From assembly GCA_051382335.1 (NCBI GenBank), contig JBBCAX010000271.1:1-44473 (forward strand): 44,473 bases of DNA. The letters run 5' to 3'. The stretch's first letter is position 1. Every line of letters begins with the position of its first letter. The notes under the pieces are model-generated. The model ran no database searches and was not told where the DNA came from. It worked only from the letters and a program-made list of their open reading frames with translations. Both the position numbers and the translations under genes were made by a program. Shown piece by piece: positions 1 through 9,540 of the stretch. This stretch comes from Deltaproteobacteria bacterium TL4. GTDB taxonomy: Bacteria > SAR324 > NAC60-12.

Positions 1-122
1 TCGATCCAAATTATCAACATCGGGAAACATCCTTGATGCGATTGGATAGAGAACTGAGGAGCGGGATATAAAGAAGGTGGCTGTTTATGTGATTGAAATC
101 ATAGTATTTAAAACACGAACAC

Positions 123-422
123 TTATGGATGAGAACCTTTAGTGGTTTGCAGTGTGAGCGGAGTGTTTCCCACGACTTTCTGATCAACCATGATTTTAGC
201 ACCACCAGGCGTGCTTCCAAGGATCAGTTCCGGAATTTTGATCAAACTCACTTTGTATTTCGTTGTTTTTCCTCCCTGCACCATTAGGGTTTTTTCGAGT
301 GTTTCATATTTGGTTTTTTGAATTTTTAATTGGTGTGTTCCTTCAAGCACCTGAAAGGTTCTCGGGGTTTCGCCTTTTGAAATGCCATCCAGAAAAACAT
401 GCGCTTGAGCGGGAAGAGTCAT
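123..422 (-). pseudogene. PEGA-domain protein fragment (about 1.5 PEGA repeats), probably a remnant
   Basis: PEGA-like motifs TLPAQAHVFLDG..KGETP...G.H.LKI.K..Y and STPGGAKIMVD..VGNTPL. The ORF stops mid second repeat and has an in-frame TAG about 22 codons upstream of the ATG. Confidence 0.55.
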
Positions 423-580
423 AATTTCCAGGGTTAAGTGGGTAGCCTTCTCAGTAAATAGAGGTGTTTCTGAAGTTAGTAACCCATGGTGCTATAGACT
501 TTCAAATAAGTCTTTCAGAAAAGTTTTCCGTTGCGCTCTTTCCAACTTTCATTATATACACCTCATAGAAACCTCTTTGT

Positions 581-612
581 GGTGCGCTCGCTTCGCTTAA
601 GCGGCACTCTAC
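581..612. repeat. Degenerate REP-like palindrome, same family as 6754-6780
   Basis: Shares GGTGCG...GCTTAAGCGGCAC(T/C)CTAC with 6754-6780. Confidence 0.55.
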
Positions 613-635
613 CTTAAGTTTCAACAGTAAAAAAT

Positions 636-751
636 GGGGTTGCGTCTAGCTTCGGCCAGGGGTAGCCTCGGGTTTCGCCCCGAGGAACGCAGTATTCCCT
701 GGGACGAAACCCAGGGCTACCGGTAAAATGGCCGAACTTAGACGCAACCCC
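636..751. mobile_element. 116-bp MITE-like element: 23-bp TIRs, 8-bp TSD, GTAG-type REP doublet cargo
   Basis: TIRs 636-658 GGGGTTGCGTCTAGCTTCGGCCA and 729-751 match 21/23. Perfect direct repeat TAAAAAAT at 628-635 and 752-759. Inverted REP pair at 662-685 and 697-720. Confidence 0.85.
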
Positions 752-786
752 TAAAAAATTAATTTGATGAAAGTATCATATAATGC

Positions 787-2265
787 TTGAATCATAGCGG
801 ACAAGAAACACGAATGAATGTACCAAGTGAGCCCCATAAGGAAGACGCGGAAGGAGTGCTTAAAGAAATTCCCTCTTTAAAATTCATCGATTTGAAAATT
901 AAAATGTGGGGCCTCTTGCTTGAGGTCAGTGAACGATTATCTCCTTTCTATAGATTCATTCAAATCTTAATCACCAACACTTTAAAGAAAAAGATTCCTG
1001 AAACAGCCCAGTCTCTTACTTTTGTCACCCTGTTGTCTTTGGTCCCTATTTTTGCCCTTTTCTTTTCGGTATTAGGAGCCTTGACAAACCGTCCGCAGAT
1101 ACGCGTGAGTTTACAAAATTATATTTCTCAATATTTTATTCCTCAATATGGAGAAGTGGTCTTTCAATATTTAGAACAGTTTTCAAAAACCACGATACAA
1201 ACTGGAACGTTTGGAGCGTCAACCTTTATCATCGTAGGTATTTTCTTTTATGCCAGAATTGACAGAGTTGTTAACGATATCTGGGAAGTTGAAGACCACC
1301 GGACATGGCAGGAGAAAGTCATCTCCTTTTTAATTTTAGTCGTTGTGGGCCCCTTGGCAACCATCCTCTTTTTTACGGTGACCACTTATTTAACCCGTTT
1401 ACCCACAAGTCAGTTAATTTCCAGTCCAGTCATGGGCTTCCTTACCTCTTATGTGATTCCTGTTATTTTTGCCGCCGTTTTGTTTTTTCTGTTTTATATT
1501 TTTTTCCCTGTAGTTTTTGTGCTGAAACGCGCGGCTTTGATTGGAGCGTTTATCTCCTCCATGATCTTACAAATTTGTTATATAGGCTTAAATCTCTATT
1601 TTCTGGAAATGATAGGCTATACAAAACTCTACGGTTCCCTCGCTATTTTCCCGATTCTCATTTTATGGATTTTTATTGTCTGGTTTGTGCTGTTACTGGG
1701 TGCGGAAATTACTTATGTCTGGCAAACTTTTCGGAGTAATAACTTTTTTGAGCATCGAGTTTTTGATAGTCATGAGTCCGTGGGATTGAGTGCCACTCGT
1801 GCGTTTTTGGTCATTTGTCAACGATTTTATGGACGGAACGAAACAGCGTCCATGGAAGAACTGCAGAAAGTTCTGTGTTTGAGCGATCATCGTTTACGGT
1901 ACTTGTTAACACGCATGATCAACCATGGATACATCGTGGAATACTCACCCCAGGATGAGTCCAAATATACGACCGCTTATAAACCCGCACTCCCTCCGTC
2001 CAATGTGACCTGTGAAGTGTTTTTTGAACTATTTAAATCGAAATTTCCCCGTACCTATTTCGGTTCAGAGCCTGCGTTTCTGATCATGGAACCCTTGCAT
2101 TCTCTGGAATACGACTTTTACAGCACCTTTACTTTTGAAGACGCAATCAAAAATCCGGACCCTATTCTCAATAGGCTGTTAGCAACGATTGGAAGGCTTA
2201 GAAAAGAAATTGTGGTTGAAGCTCATTCGCTTTTACCCATAGATTCTGAAGCCAATAAATCTTGA
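787..2265 (+). CDS. YihY/virulence factor BrkB family inner membrane protein with C-terminal HTH-like extension (ATG 814 is an alternative start)
   Basis: AQSLTFVTLLSLVP, VVNDIW and Y..LYGSLA.FPI..LW....W...L.GAE motifs; multiple TM segments. Confidence 0.88.
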   Translation: MNHSGQETRMNVPSEPHKEDAEGVLKEIPSLKFIDLKIKMWGLLLEVSERLSPFYRFIQILITNTLKKKIPETAQSLTFVTLLSLVPIFALFFSVLGALTNRPQIRVSLQNYISQYFIPQYGEVVFQYLEQFSKTTIQTGTFGASTFIIVGIFFYARIDRVVNDIWEVEDHRTWQEKVISFLILVVVGPLATILFFTVTTYLTRLPTSQLISSPVMGFLTSYVIPVIFAAVLFFLFYIFFPVVFVLKRAALIGAFISSMILQICYIGLNLYFLEMIGYTKLYGSLAIFPILILWIFIVWFVLLLGAEITYVWQTFRSNNFFEHRVFDSHESVGLSATRAFLVICQRFYGRNETASMEELQKVLCLSDHRLRYLLTRMINHGYIVEYSPQDESKYTTAYKPALPPSNVTCEVFFELFKSKFPRTYFGSEPAFLIMEPLHSLEYDFYSTFTFEDAIKNPDPILNRLLATIGRLRKEIVVEAHSLLPIDSEANKS

Positions 2266-3437
2266 GGCTTCTGATACACCAGCGTTTGTGTTGTGACGTA
2301 TTTGACATGAGGGATGAGCCAGACCCCAGGGGGATCCGCCACCGTTTGCGATTGACCCTGAGTATTCCTGATGAAGTGGATGGTGCTTTCAACTTTTCGT
2401 CCCTCAGGAGTGACAAAAATTAATTCTTGATTACAATGAAACCGTTTTCGTGAAATTAAAGCCATATACTCCCCTTTGATTGATTCAGCCACTGTTCCCA
2501 CAAGCTGCGGCTCATGATTTCTAAGATGCTTGTTCTTTAAGCGCTCAATAGGACGATCGGTGCGGTTTGCGCGATAGAAGCCGTGAGTAGTTTTTACAGG
2601 CCACTGTTCCTTTAAAGAAGAGTTCTCAACCTTGTCCCCATGACTTTGAAGGTGCGGTTTGAGCTTTTCAATCCATTCAGGGAAATCCACTGTTCTTAAA
2701 TCCAAACGTAGTGTGTGGAGTCCACATTGGAGGAGGTCTGGAATCAAATCCAGTAAAAAGAGATCTCGATCATGAAACATCAAAGTGCCATGTTTATTCT
2801 CGAAGGTCGGGAAATGACGCACAAAAGATTGCCCCTCACAGGCATAGCGTTTGATGGGATTTTCTGAAGGGTCAAAGCCCAAGCGACTGAGTAGGGCACG
2901 TGGAGAATAAAAGAGCAGAATGGGTCCTAACCCCAATATTTCACAAGGGATTTTAAGCTGTTCACAACAAGACTGTAAGGCCTCTCGCGGAATTTCGTTG
3001 GAGAGGACTAAACGCTCTAGCTGTGGACCAAAGTATTCAGTCCAGCGTTTCAAAGCTCGAAAGTTATGGTTTCCTGTTTCAACAATGAGATGCATGGGAA
3101 GAGTCGGATGAGTCTTTCGTAGCCATTCCGCAGCGCCCAGGTCTTGAACACGTATCGCTGTAAATTCTGAAAGAGGCAACTCCTGAAGGACTGCGATACT
3201 TTGCTCAAAAACAGGTTCCGTGGCTAAAATATCCCACTGCAACAGTGGAGCAATCCCTGCGGTTCGACATAATTTCAAAAGTCTGCAAAGTTCAGCCGTT
3301 GATAAAATTCCTTGGCGACTCAACTCAGCGTGTTCCAAAATCACTTCCCGAACAGGCAGGGATTGAAGTGCTGATAGTTGAGACGAGTCTTCTAGAAACA
3401 GATTGTAATTTAGCACTCTTCTAGCCATTGCTGACAA
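2223..3437 (-). CDS. Peptidase U32 family protein with C-terminal U32_C-like domain (true start perhaps GTG 3416)
   Basis: AIRVQDLG, ETGNHN, RLVLSNE, FYSPRALLS, ENKHGTLMF..DL and GL.TLRLD motifs. Confidence 0.75.
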   Translation of the reverse strand: MSAMARRVLNYNLFLEDSSQLSALQSLPVREVILEHAELSRQGILSTAELCRLLKLCRTAGIAPLLQWDILATEPVFEQSIAVLQELPLSEFTAIRVQDLGAAEWLRKTHPTLPMHLIVETGNHNFRALKRWTEYFGPQLERLVLSNEIPREALQSCCEQLKIPCEILGLGPILLFYSPRALLSRLGFDPSENPIKRYACEGQSFVRHFPTFENKHGTLMFHDRDLFLLDLIPDLLQCGLHTLRLDLRTVDFPEWIEKLKPHLQSHGDKVENSSLKEQWPVKTTHGFYRANRTDRPIERLKNKHLRNHEPQLVGTVAESIKGEYMALISRKRFHCNQELIFVTPEGRKVESTIHFIRNTQGQSQTVADPPGVWLIPHVKYVTTQTLVYQKPQDLLASESMGKSE

Positions 3438-4111
3438 CGGTCAAGGTCCATTTCTGAGACGCTCACATCGTGACGAATGCTTCGATGACCTAAAATCAAC
3501 CCTCGCGTTGCCAAAGCTAATCCAAGTTCAAGTTGATGCGTCACAAGAAGGATACTACCACCATTTTGATGGAATAGCTTTAAAAATTGCTGGAATTGCT
3601 TCACAAAATGTTGATCCAATCCCGTATAAGGTTCGTCAAGTAACAGAATTTCAGGTTGATAAAGCATCGTTCTGGCAATTGCTAACCGTTTTGTCATTCC
3701 ACTACTAAACGTCTTTACCGGAAGATGTGCCGCATACCCTAATTCGACTTCCTCCAGGGAATCTTCAATCCGTTTTTCAAGATGAGGAGTGCCATACAAG
3801 GTTCCGTATAATTTCAAATTCTCTACTGCGGTCAGATCTCCATAAAGACGGCTTTCATGAAAAACACACCCAATCGCCTGTAAATAGGTTGAAAGATCTT
3901 TACGATGATTCTGCCCCTTAAACAGGATTTCTCCTTGAGAGGGCAGCATCAGAGAACTGACAATGCGTAACAAAGTCGATTTGCCGGCACCATTATTCCC
4001 TAACAGTAAAACCACTTCTCCCAAATTGATATCTAAATTAATATCGTGAAGAATCGTGCGGTAGCCAAATTTCTTATGTATATGCTTGAGTGTTAATAGT
4101 GGGAATGTCAT
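3410..4111 (-). CDS. ABC transporter ATP-binding protein, CcmA (heme exporter)-like
   Basis: Walker A GNNGAGKS, signature FSSGM, Walker B LLLDEPYTGLD, H-loop VTHQ. Confidence 0.8.
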   Translation of the reverse strand: MTFPLLTLKHIHKKFGYRTILHDINLDINLGEVVLLLGNNGAGKSTLLRIVSSLMLPSQGEILFKGQNHRKDLSTYLQAIGCVFHESRLYGDLTAVENLKLYGTLYGTPHLEKRIEDSLEEVELGYAAHLPVKTFSSGMTKRLAIARTMLYQPEILLLDEPYTGLDQHFVKQFQQFLKLFHQNGGSILLVTHQLELGLALATRGLILGHRSIRHDVSVSEMDLDRCQQWLEEC

Positions 4112-4180
4112 AGGCGTTGAGAAATGAATGATTGTGTTGAAGAGTTTCGTCCGTTGCTAATCAAGCGAAACAGGGTACAA

Positions 4181-5020
4181 TCAATTACGAGGATTCTCAA
4201 GAGGATAGTACTGATCTAATAATTTTTCTTGGTTTTTACCCCAGACTGTCACCCGTACCGAGGTATAAGGTTTGTCCGTGTTATTAGTGATTTCCTTCTC
4301 AAAAGAGCGGAACCGTCGAATTGAAAAAGATGTCACCTGATAGCGTTTGAAGGGAATATCTGTCACCAGTTGACTTTTATAGACGGGAAGTATGCGGACA
4401 AATCCAGATTGAATGACATCAGTCAGGTTTTTTAAATGCAACTGTACTTTCATTTGATTAGGCTCAGAAAAACCATACCGGAACTGCTCAACGGTTACTT
4501 CTTCAGATCCTGGGGATGAAAGCATTGAAATGGGGGAAATCGATGCTGATAACTGAATAGGAGAATCAGGGAGATTTTGATCATCAGCGAACTGAACCTT
4601 GTCCTTGAGTTGCTGATTTTCAAGGATAAGTTGTTGTTGTTGTTCTTGAAGATCTTTGATGAACGTGTCCTTTTCCTTTAAACGCAACTGCACCCCTGAA
4701 GCCGTTTGGGGAACTGGTTGATTTTCTGGCTCGGGCCGTTCCTGGAGTTGTTGTCTGAGTTGGGTTAGCTTTTCTTCAAACTCATGTTCCAGGCGGTTAA
4801 AATTTTCCTGGAGTTTTTCTGTTTTCAGTTTTTCTTCCTGATAACGCTGCTGGAGTTTTTCAGTTTGATATTGTCCCATTAAATACAGGTAGGTAGAAAA
4901 TCCCACAAGTGTTAGAAAAATACCACCAAGCACGCCTACAATCGCAAGCAAATGAGTTCGACTCAATTCCCAATTTTTTTTAGGTCCAACAATATAGATG
5001 GATGTTTCTAATTTACTCAT
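4181..5020 (-). CDS. Hypothetical bitopic membrane protein with coiled coil and C-terminal beta-rich domain
   Basis: One N-terminal TM helix and a Q/E/K-rich coiled coil; 10 bp downstream of dprA. Confidence 0.75.
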   Translation of the reverse strand: MSKLETSIYIVGPKKNWELSRTHLLAIVGVLGGIFLTLVGFSTYLYLMGQYQTEKLQQRYQEEKLKTEKLQENFNRLEHEFEEKLTQLRQQLQERPEPENQPVPQTASGVQLRLKEKDTFIKDLQEQQQQLILENQQLKDKVQFADDQNLPDSPIQLSASISPISMLSSPGSEEVTVEQFRYGFSEPNQMKVQLHLKNLTDVIQSGFVRILPVYKSQLVTDIPFKRYQVTSFSIRRFRSFEKEITNNTDKPYTSVRVTVWGKNQEKLLDQYYPLENPRN

Positions 5021-5030
5021 ATCCCGTTCG

Positions 5031-6176
5031 TTATTCTGTCAGATACACGTTGTTACCTAAGCGGTAATTTTGACCTCCTATGGTTTCTACATATCCCATC
5101 AGCTCTAATTCAACTAGCGTGCCTAAGAGTGTAGGTACTTCAATTTTTGTATGAGTATGTATCGAATCAATATCGGAGATACCTTCGTCAAGTGATTTTA
5201 GAATTTCCTGATAAAGTTTTGAAAGCGACTTCAAACTCAGGGCTTCAGATCCACAGAATCCAAAAGAAAATTCTGTTTGAATATTCAAGGGGACAAGATT
5301 TAACTCTCTTAAAATATCAGAAGCGGAGACAATGAGTTGCGCGCTATGTTTGGCAATTAATTCGTTTGGCCCTTCACTCAAGGCAGAGTCAACAGGTCCT
5401 GGTAACGCAAAAACTTCCCTATTTTGCTCCAAGGCAAACGCCGCAGTAATTCGGGCCCCACTCTTTTTGCGAGACTCACTGATCACGGTTCCTTGAGAAA
5501 GACCACTGATAATTCGGTTTCTAATAGGGAAGTTGCGGCTAAGCGGCTTTAAAGCAAGAGGAAACTCGGAAATAAGCATTCCTTGTGATTTTATGGCGTC
5601 AGCAAGCCCCTTATTCTCGGGAGGATACAGATGATGTAACCCTCCTGCCAATACAGCAATCGTCTGTAAGCCAGCTTCTAAAGCGGCTTGATGCGCAATG
5701 GTGTCAATTCCACGAGCAAGTCCGCTTACAATGATTACCTTCGGAAGCATTTCCGCTAACTCTTGAATAAGACGCCGGGTATTCCTCACCCCATAGGCCG
5801 TGCAAGAACGAGAACCCACAAAGGCGAGACAAGGGGCTTCTACATTTTTGAGAGACCCCTGACAGTAGAGAACTAAAGGAGGAGTCGAAATATGTTTCAG
5901 CCGTGTGGGATATTCCGGAGATTCCCAGCAAAGCAAACGGAGGTCTTTGGATTCTTCTAAAAGTCGTTTTTCCATGAGAAAGCTTGAAACAGACTCGGCT
6001 TTTTGAATACGCTGCGCCAAAAGAGGCGGAAGATTCAGATGCTCAATCAAGTCGTTAGGCTCAGCTTGAAATATTGCCTCAATGCTCCCAAAATGCTCAA
6101 ACAGCATCAGTGCCGTCTTACTGCCTATCCCCGAAATGAGACTTAGCGCCAACCACTTCCATTCTTTCATGCTCAC
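5031..6176 (-). CDS. dprA: DNA-processing protein DprA
   Basis: YP..L..I..PP.VLY..G, AFVGSR, SGLARGID..AH, NFP.RNRIISGLS, SGA.ITA..ALEQ.REVFA.PG. Confidence 0.96.
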   Translation of the reverse strand: MSMKEWKWLALSLISGIGSKTALMLFEHFGSIEAIFQAEPNDLIEHLNLPPLLAQRIQKAESVSSFLMEKRLLEESKDLRLLCWESPEYPTRLKHISTPPLVLYCQGSLKNVEAPCLAFVGSRSCTAYGVRNTRRLIQELAEMLPKVIIVSGLARGIDTIAHQAALEAGLQTIAVLAGGLHHLYPPENKGLADAIKSQGMLISEFPLALKPLSRNFPIRNRIISGLSQGTVISESRKKSGARITAAFALEQNREVFALPGPVDSALSEGPNELIAKHSAQLIVSASDILRELNLVPLNIQTEFSFGFCGSEALSLKSLSKLYQEILKSLDEGISDIDSIHTHTKIEVPTLLGTLVELELMGYVETIGGQNYRLGNNVYLTE

Positions 6177-6178
6177 TA

Positions 6179-6637
6179 CTAATTTGAAATTGAATGTTTA
6201 ATATCTCTCGCCATATCACGTTCTGAGGCCTTGAGTTTGAGACTTTCCCGCTTATCATGAATCTTCTTCCCTTTGACCAAGGCAATCTCAATTTTAACTC
6301 GACCCTTTTTTAAATAGAGCTTTAACGGTACCAAGGTCAATCCCTTTTCACGAGATTGCCCATAGAGACGACGGATCTCCGCTTTATGCAGAAGTAACTG
6401 CCGCTCACGAAGAGGATCGTGGTTGTTTCTGTTTCCAAAATCATATTGATTGATGTGTGCATTGACCAAATAAATTTCCAAATTCGAACTGATACGGCAA
6501 TGGCTTTCCGCAATGTTGGCGTGTCCGCTTCTTAAGCTTTTGACCTCTGTGCCTCTCAGAGCGATCCCGGCTTCATAGGTTTGAATGATTTCATAATTAA
6601 AATGGGCTTTACGATTGGTAACCAGTGTTTTGTTCAT
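6179..6637 (-). CDS. smpB: SsrA-binding protein SmpB
   Basis: NRKA.F.Y.I...EAGI.L.GTEVKSLR, LLLHK.EI, GLTLVPL..Y, KGKK.HDKR. Confidence 0.98.
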   Translation of the reverse strand: MNKTLVTNRKAHFNYEIIQTYEAGIALRGTEVKSLRSGHANIAESHCRISSNLEIYLVNAHINQYDFGNRNNHDPLRERQLLLHKAEIRRLYGQSREKGLTLVPLKLYLKKGRVKIEIALVKGKKIHDKRESLKLKASERDMARDIKHSISN

Positions 6638-6753
6638 TGCTCATTCGTTTCAGAAAGGTCGTCAAGAGACTCCAGGTGTTCTCCAAAATATTTTACGGAA
6701 ACTTTAGCTGAAGGTAACATCGTTGTCTCACGGTGGCTGTCCGAGAATGGGTT

Positions 6754-6780
6754 GTAGGGTGCGCTTAAGCGGCACCCTAC
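6754..6780. repeat. GTAG-type REP-like palindrome GTAGGGTGCGCTTAAGCGGCACCCTAC
   Basis: Near-perfect hairpin bounded by GTAG/CTAC; related copy at 581-612. Confidence 0.7.
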
Positions 6781-6906
6781 TTAGGCTTAACACCTATTCT
6801 CAGTTTCCTAGACATGAATTAAAGACAGTACAAAGGGAGCATAAAGGAGAATGTTAATTTTTTCAATCTTTTCTCACAAAGTATCCCGGAAGATTTAATT
6901 TTAGCA

Positions 6907-8460
6907 TTAAGTTGACGCCAGAAGCTGTTCTTCAAAGGCGGTTAAAGCCGCCTTGGCACCCTCTCCCATGCTAATGATGATCTGCTTGAAGGGGACAGTG
7001 GTCACATCACCTGCGGCATAGATCCCTTTTACACTGGTCCGGCACTTGTGATCAATGACTATTTCCCCGGAACGGTTTGTTTCCACAATAGCTTTGACAA
7101 CGGTGCTGTTCGGCAAGAGACCTATTTGAACAAAAACCCCATCCAGATTTTTCTGGACCACTTCATTGGTCTCCCTGTTTTTATAGGCCAAACCCACAAC
7201 CTTTTCGCCATTCCCAAGGACTTCAGTAGTCTGCGCATTCTTAATGATCGACACGTTCTCCAGGGATTTCAGCTTGTTGATCAGAACCTGATCGGCCTTT
7301 AACTCTGGGAGAAACTCAAACAGCGTGAGGGATTTAACAATACCTGCCAGGTCTATAGCCGCCTCGACTCCAGAATTTCCACCGCCAACGACCGCGATAT
7401 CCTTTCCCTTGTAATAAGGACCATCACAATGCGGACAAAAGGCAACACCACGCCCGATATACTCTTTTTCCCCAGGAATATTCAACTCTCTCCACTTCGC
7501 TCCTGTTGCCACAATGATGGATTTGGCCGTTAAGAATTCTCCACTGTTTAACTCCAGGTGTTTCACAGAATCATTCCTGATATGCTCCACCCTCCGGTGT
7601 TCCAAGACCTTGATGTCATATTCCGCGATATGTTTAGAGAGTTTATCCGCCAATTCGGCCCCCTCGATGTAGGGCACGGAAATAAGGTTTTCAATGCCTA
7701 CGGTGTCCTTCACCTGCCCTCCGATTCTTTCCGCCACAATCACGGTTTTCATGCCTTTTCTAGCCGAATAGATGGCGGACGAAACGCCAGCCGGACCTCC
7801 GCCGAGGACCACCACATCGAACTGGCCCAAATCCACAGGTTCTTGTTTCTTCGATTCATCACGACCGAAATGCATCTCCAGTTTGCTCAACAACTGAGGC
7901 AGATCGGATTTTCCGGAATGAAGCAACAACTCGCCATCCATCACACTGGGAACCCCCTGGATGCCAAGTGCTTCAATTTCATCCTGAAAAAAAGCGCCAT
8001 CCACCATCTCGTGGGTAAAATCCTGGTGGAAGATCGCCATGATATTCAAGGATTGAACGACTTCAGGACAATTTTCGCAGGAAAGGGAAACGAAGGTCTT
8101 TAGGTTGATGGGACCTTTCAGACTTTGAATGCGTTTGATGATGCCCTCATCGGGAAGTTTTCCTTTTTTATCAACATTTAATACAGACAAGATCAGGGAA
8201 GTGAACTCATGCCCTCCGGGGATTCCACTGAACTTGACTCCAGAACTTTTATCCTCATGGACGATTTCAAAAAATGGAGTTTTTGACTCCACGCTGGAAG
8301 AAACGGCATGGATGTGTTCCGAGGTAGAGGCTACCTGCTCCAACATTTCAATGAGTTCCTCTTGTTTTTCATGAGGACTCTTGGCATAAACCAGTTCCAC
8401 ACGACCATTGAGTTTTTCAAAAACAGATTTCAGTTGTTCGATGATATCATTTTCCAGCAT
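6907..8460 (-). CDS. ahpF: Alkyl hydroperoxide reductase subunit F (start moved to ATG 8460)
   Basis: [27 protein letters not shown] and GGGNSG motifs; GGAGG RBS upstream of 8460; follows ahpC. Confidence 0.97.
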   Translation of the reverse strand: MLENDIIEQLKSVFEKLNGRVELVYAKSPHEKQEELIEMLEQVASTSEHIHAVSSSVESKTPFFEIVHEDKSSGVKFSGIPGGHEFTSLILSVLNVDKKGKLPDEGIIKRIQSLKGPINLKTFVSLSCENCPEVVQSLNIMAIFHQDFTHEMVDGAFFQDEIEALGIQGVPSVMDGELLLHSGKSDLPQLLSKLEMHFGRDESKKQEPVDLGQFDVVVLGGGPAGVSSAIYSARKGMKTVIVAERIGGQVKDTVGIENLISVPYIEGAELADKLSKHIAEYDIKVLEHRRVEHIRNDSVKHLELNSGEFLTAKSIIVATGAKWRELNIPGEKEYIGRGVAFCPHCDGPYYKGKDIAVVGGGNSGVEAAIDLAGIVKSLTLFEFLPELKADQVLINKLKSLENVSIIKNAQTTEVLGNGEKVVGLAYKNRETNEVVQKNLDGVFVQIGLLPNSTVVKAIVETNRSGEIVIDHKCRTSVKGIYAAGDVTTVPFKQIIISMGEGAKAALTAFEEQLLAST

Positions 8461-8515
8461 AGTGCCTCCAAACGAAAGAATGTAGGGGGGCAATGCCCCC
8501 GAAAAATATTAAAAT

Positions 8516-9082
8516 TTAAATCTTGCCGACCAGATGGAGGCCAGGTTTTAACGTCGCGCCGCCTTCTTGCCACTTGGCCGGACATACTTCATTGGGGTGT
8601 GCGGCAATATATTGAGCTGCTTTCACTTTTCGCAACAACTCCTCCGCATTTCTGCCGATCCCGTTGTCGTTGATTTCTGCCAGTTTGATTTGGCCTTCAG
8701 GATTGACCAAAAAGGTTCCTCGATAAGCTAGCCCCGCTTCTTCGATATACACCCCAAAGGCTCTGGAAAGGCGTCCTGTGGGGTCAGCCAGCATAGGGTA
8801 CTTGATTTTCTTGATCGTTTCAGAAGCATCATGCCACGCCTTGTGGGTAAAATGGGTGTCTGTGCTGACGGAATAAATTTCCACTCCCATTTTTTGAAAC
8901 TCTCCATATTTGTCCGCCATGTCTCCCAACTCAGTGGGGCAGACGAAGGTGAAGTCAGCGGGATAGAAGAAAAAAACAGACCACTTTCCCTTCAGGTCAT
9001 TTTGTGAGATTGCTTTGAAAGCCTCATTATGATAAGCCTGAACCTTAAAATCGACGATTTGTGAATTGATTAACGTTTCCAT
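8516..9082 (-). CDS. ahpC: Alkyl hydroperoxide reductase subunit C (2-Cys peroxiredoxin)
   Basis: FFYPADFTFVCPTE and EVCPAKW motifs. Confidence 0.98.
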   Translation of the reverse strand: METLINSQIVDFKVQAYHNEAFKAISQNDLKGKWSVFFFYPADFTFVCPTELGDMADKYGEFQKMGVEIYSVSTDTHFTHKAWHDASETIKKIKYPMLADPTGRLSRAFGVYIEEAGLAYRGTFLVNPEGQIKLAEINDNGIGRNAEELLRKVKAAQYIAAHPNEVCPAKWQEGGATLKPGLHLVGKI

Positions 9083-9203
9083 AACTTCTCCTCAGATTGA
9101 GATTGTCTGTAATCAAAAATGGCTTCCCAAAAACCTTAAAACTCCCACGAATCAAAAACCGCCAAACGGATTTTAGGTGTGAGAAGTATTAAGGTCTGGG
9201 AAT

Positions 9204-9268
9204 AATCTATCAACCTTTTTGAGAGAAGTACAATACTAAAAAGCTATCTATCGATAGTTTATTCCTAT
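9204..9268 (-). promoter_or_regulatory. OxyR-like binding site abutting a sigma70-type promoter for ahpCF
   Basis: ATAC-N7-CTAT-N6-ATAG-N7-CTAT at 9233-9268 (consensus ATAG-N7-CTAT-N7-ATAG-N7-CTAT). Minus strand TTGTAC-N18-TAGATT follows immediately. Confidence 0.7.
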
Positions 9269-9486
9269 CTGGAAGAAAAGTAGGGGAACTCTGGACCAAC
9301 GGACCACCAGCGCCAAGGATTGTCAGAGAATTGTCAAATTTGGACAAAAGGGATCATTTTGAACAAAAACACGTCAAGACTAAAAGCTACGAATTTGGTT
9401 ACGTTCAATCAACCTATGAAGTGCAGAATAATGCATAAGAGTCTTTGTCAAAGCAACATTTGACACTGATTCCAAATAAAAACACC

Positions 9487-9517
9487 TTGCTTAGTGTACA
9501 TTCATAAAGTACGTTAT
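9487..9517 (+). promoter_or_regulatory. Putative promoter/operator of the TA module (GTAC-N9-GTAC)
   Basis: TTGCTT then TGTACATTCATAAAGTACG. GTAC-core repeats are typical of YefM/Phd operators. It sits about 40 bp from the antitoxin ATG once the 9524-10150 insert is removed. Confidence 0.4.
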
Positions 9518-9540
9518 TGGATACTGGGCTTTGAACGTTT

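Noticed and set aside
6638..6906. tmRNA next to smpB
   Set aside because: No tRNA-like GGGG...CCACCA ends or tag reading frame recognised.
7048..8673. Plus-strand ORFs opposite ahpF/ahpC and similar shadow ORFs elsewhere
   Set aside because: Antisense or alternate-frame shadows of well-supported genes, with no recognisable motifs.
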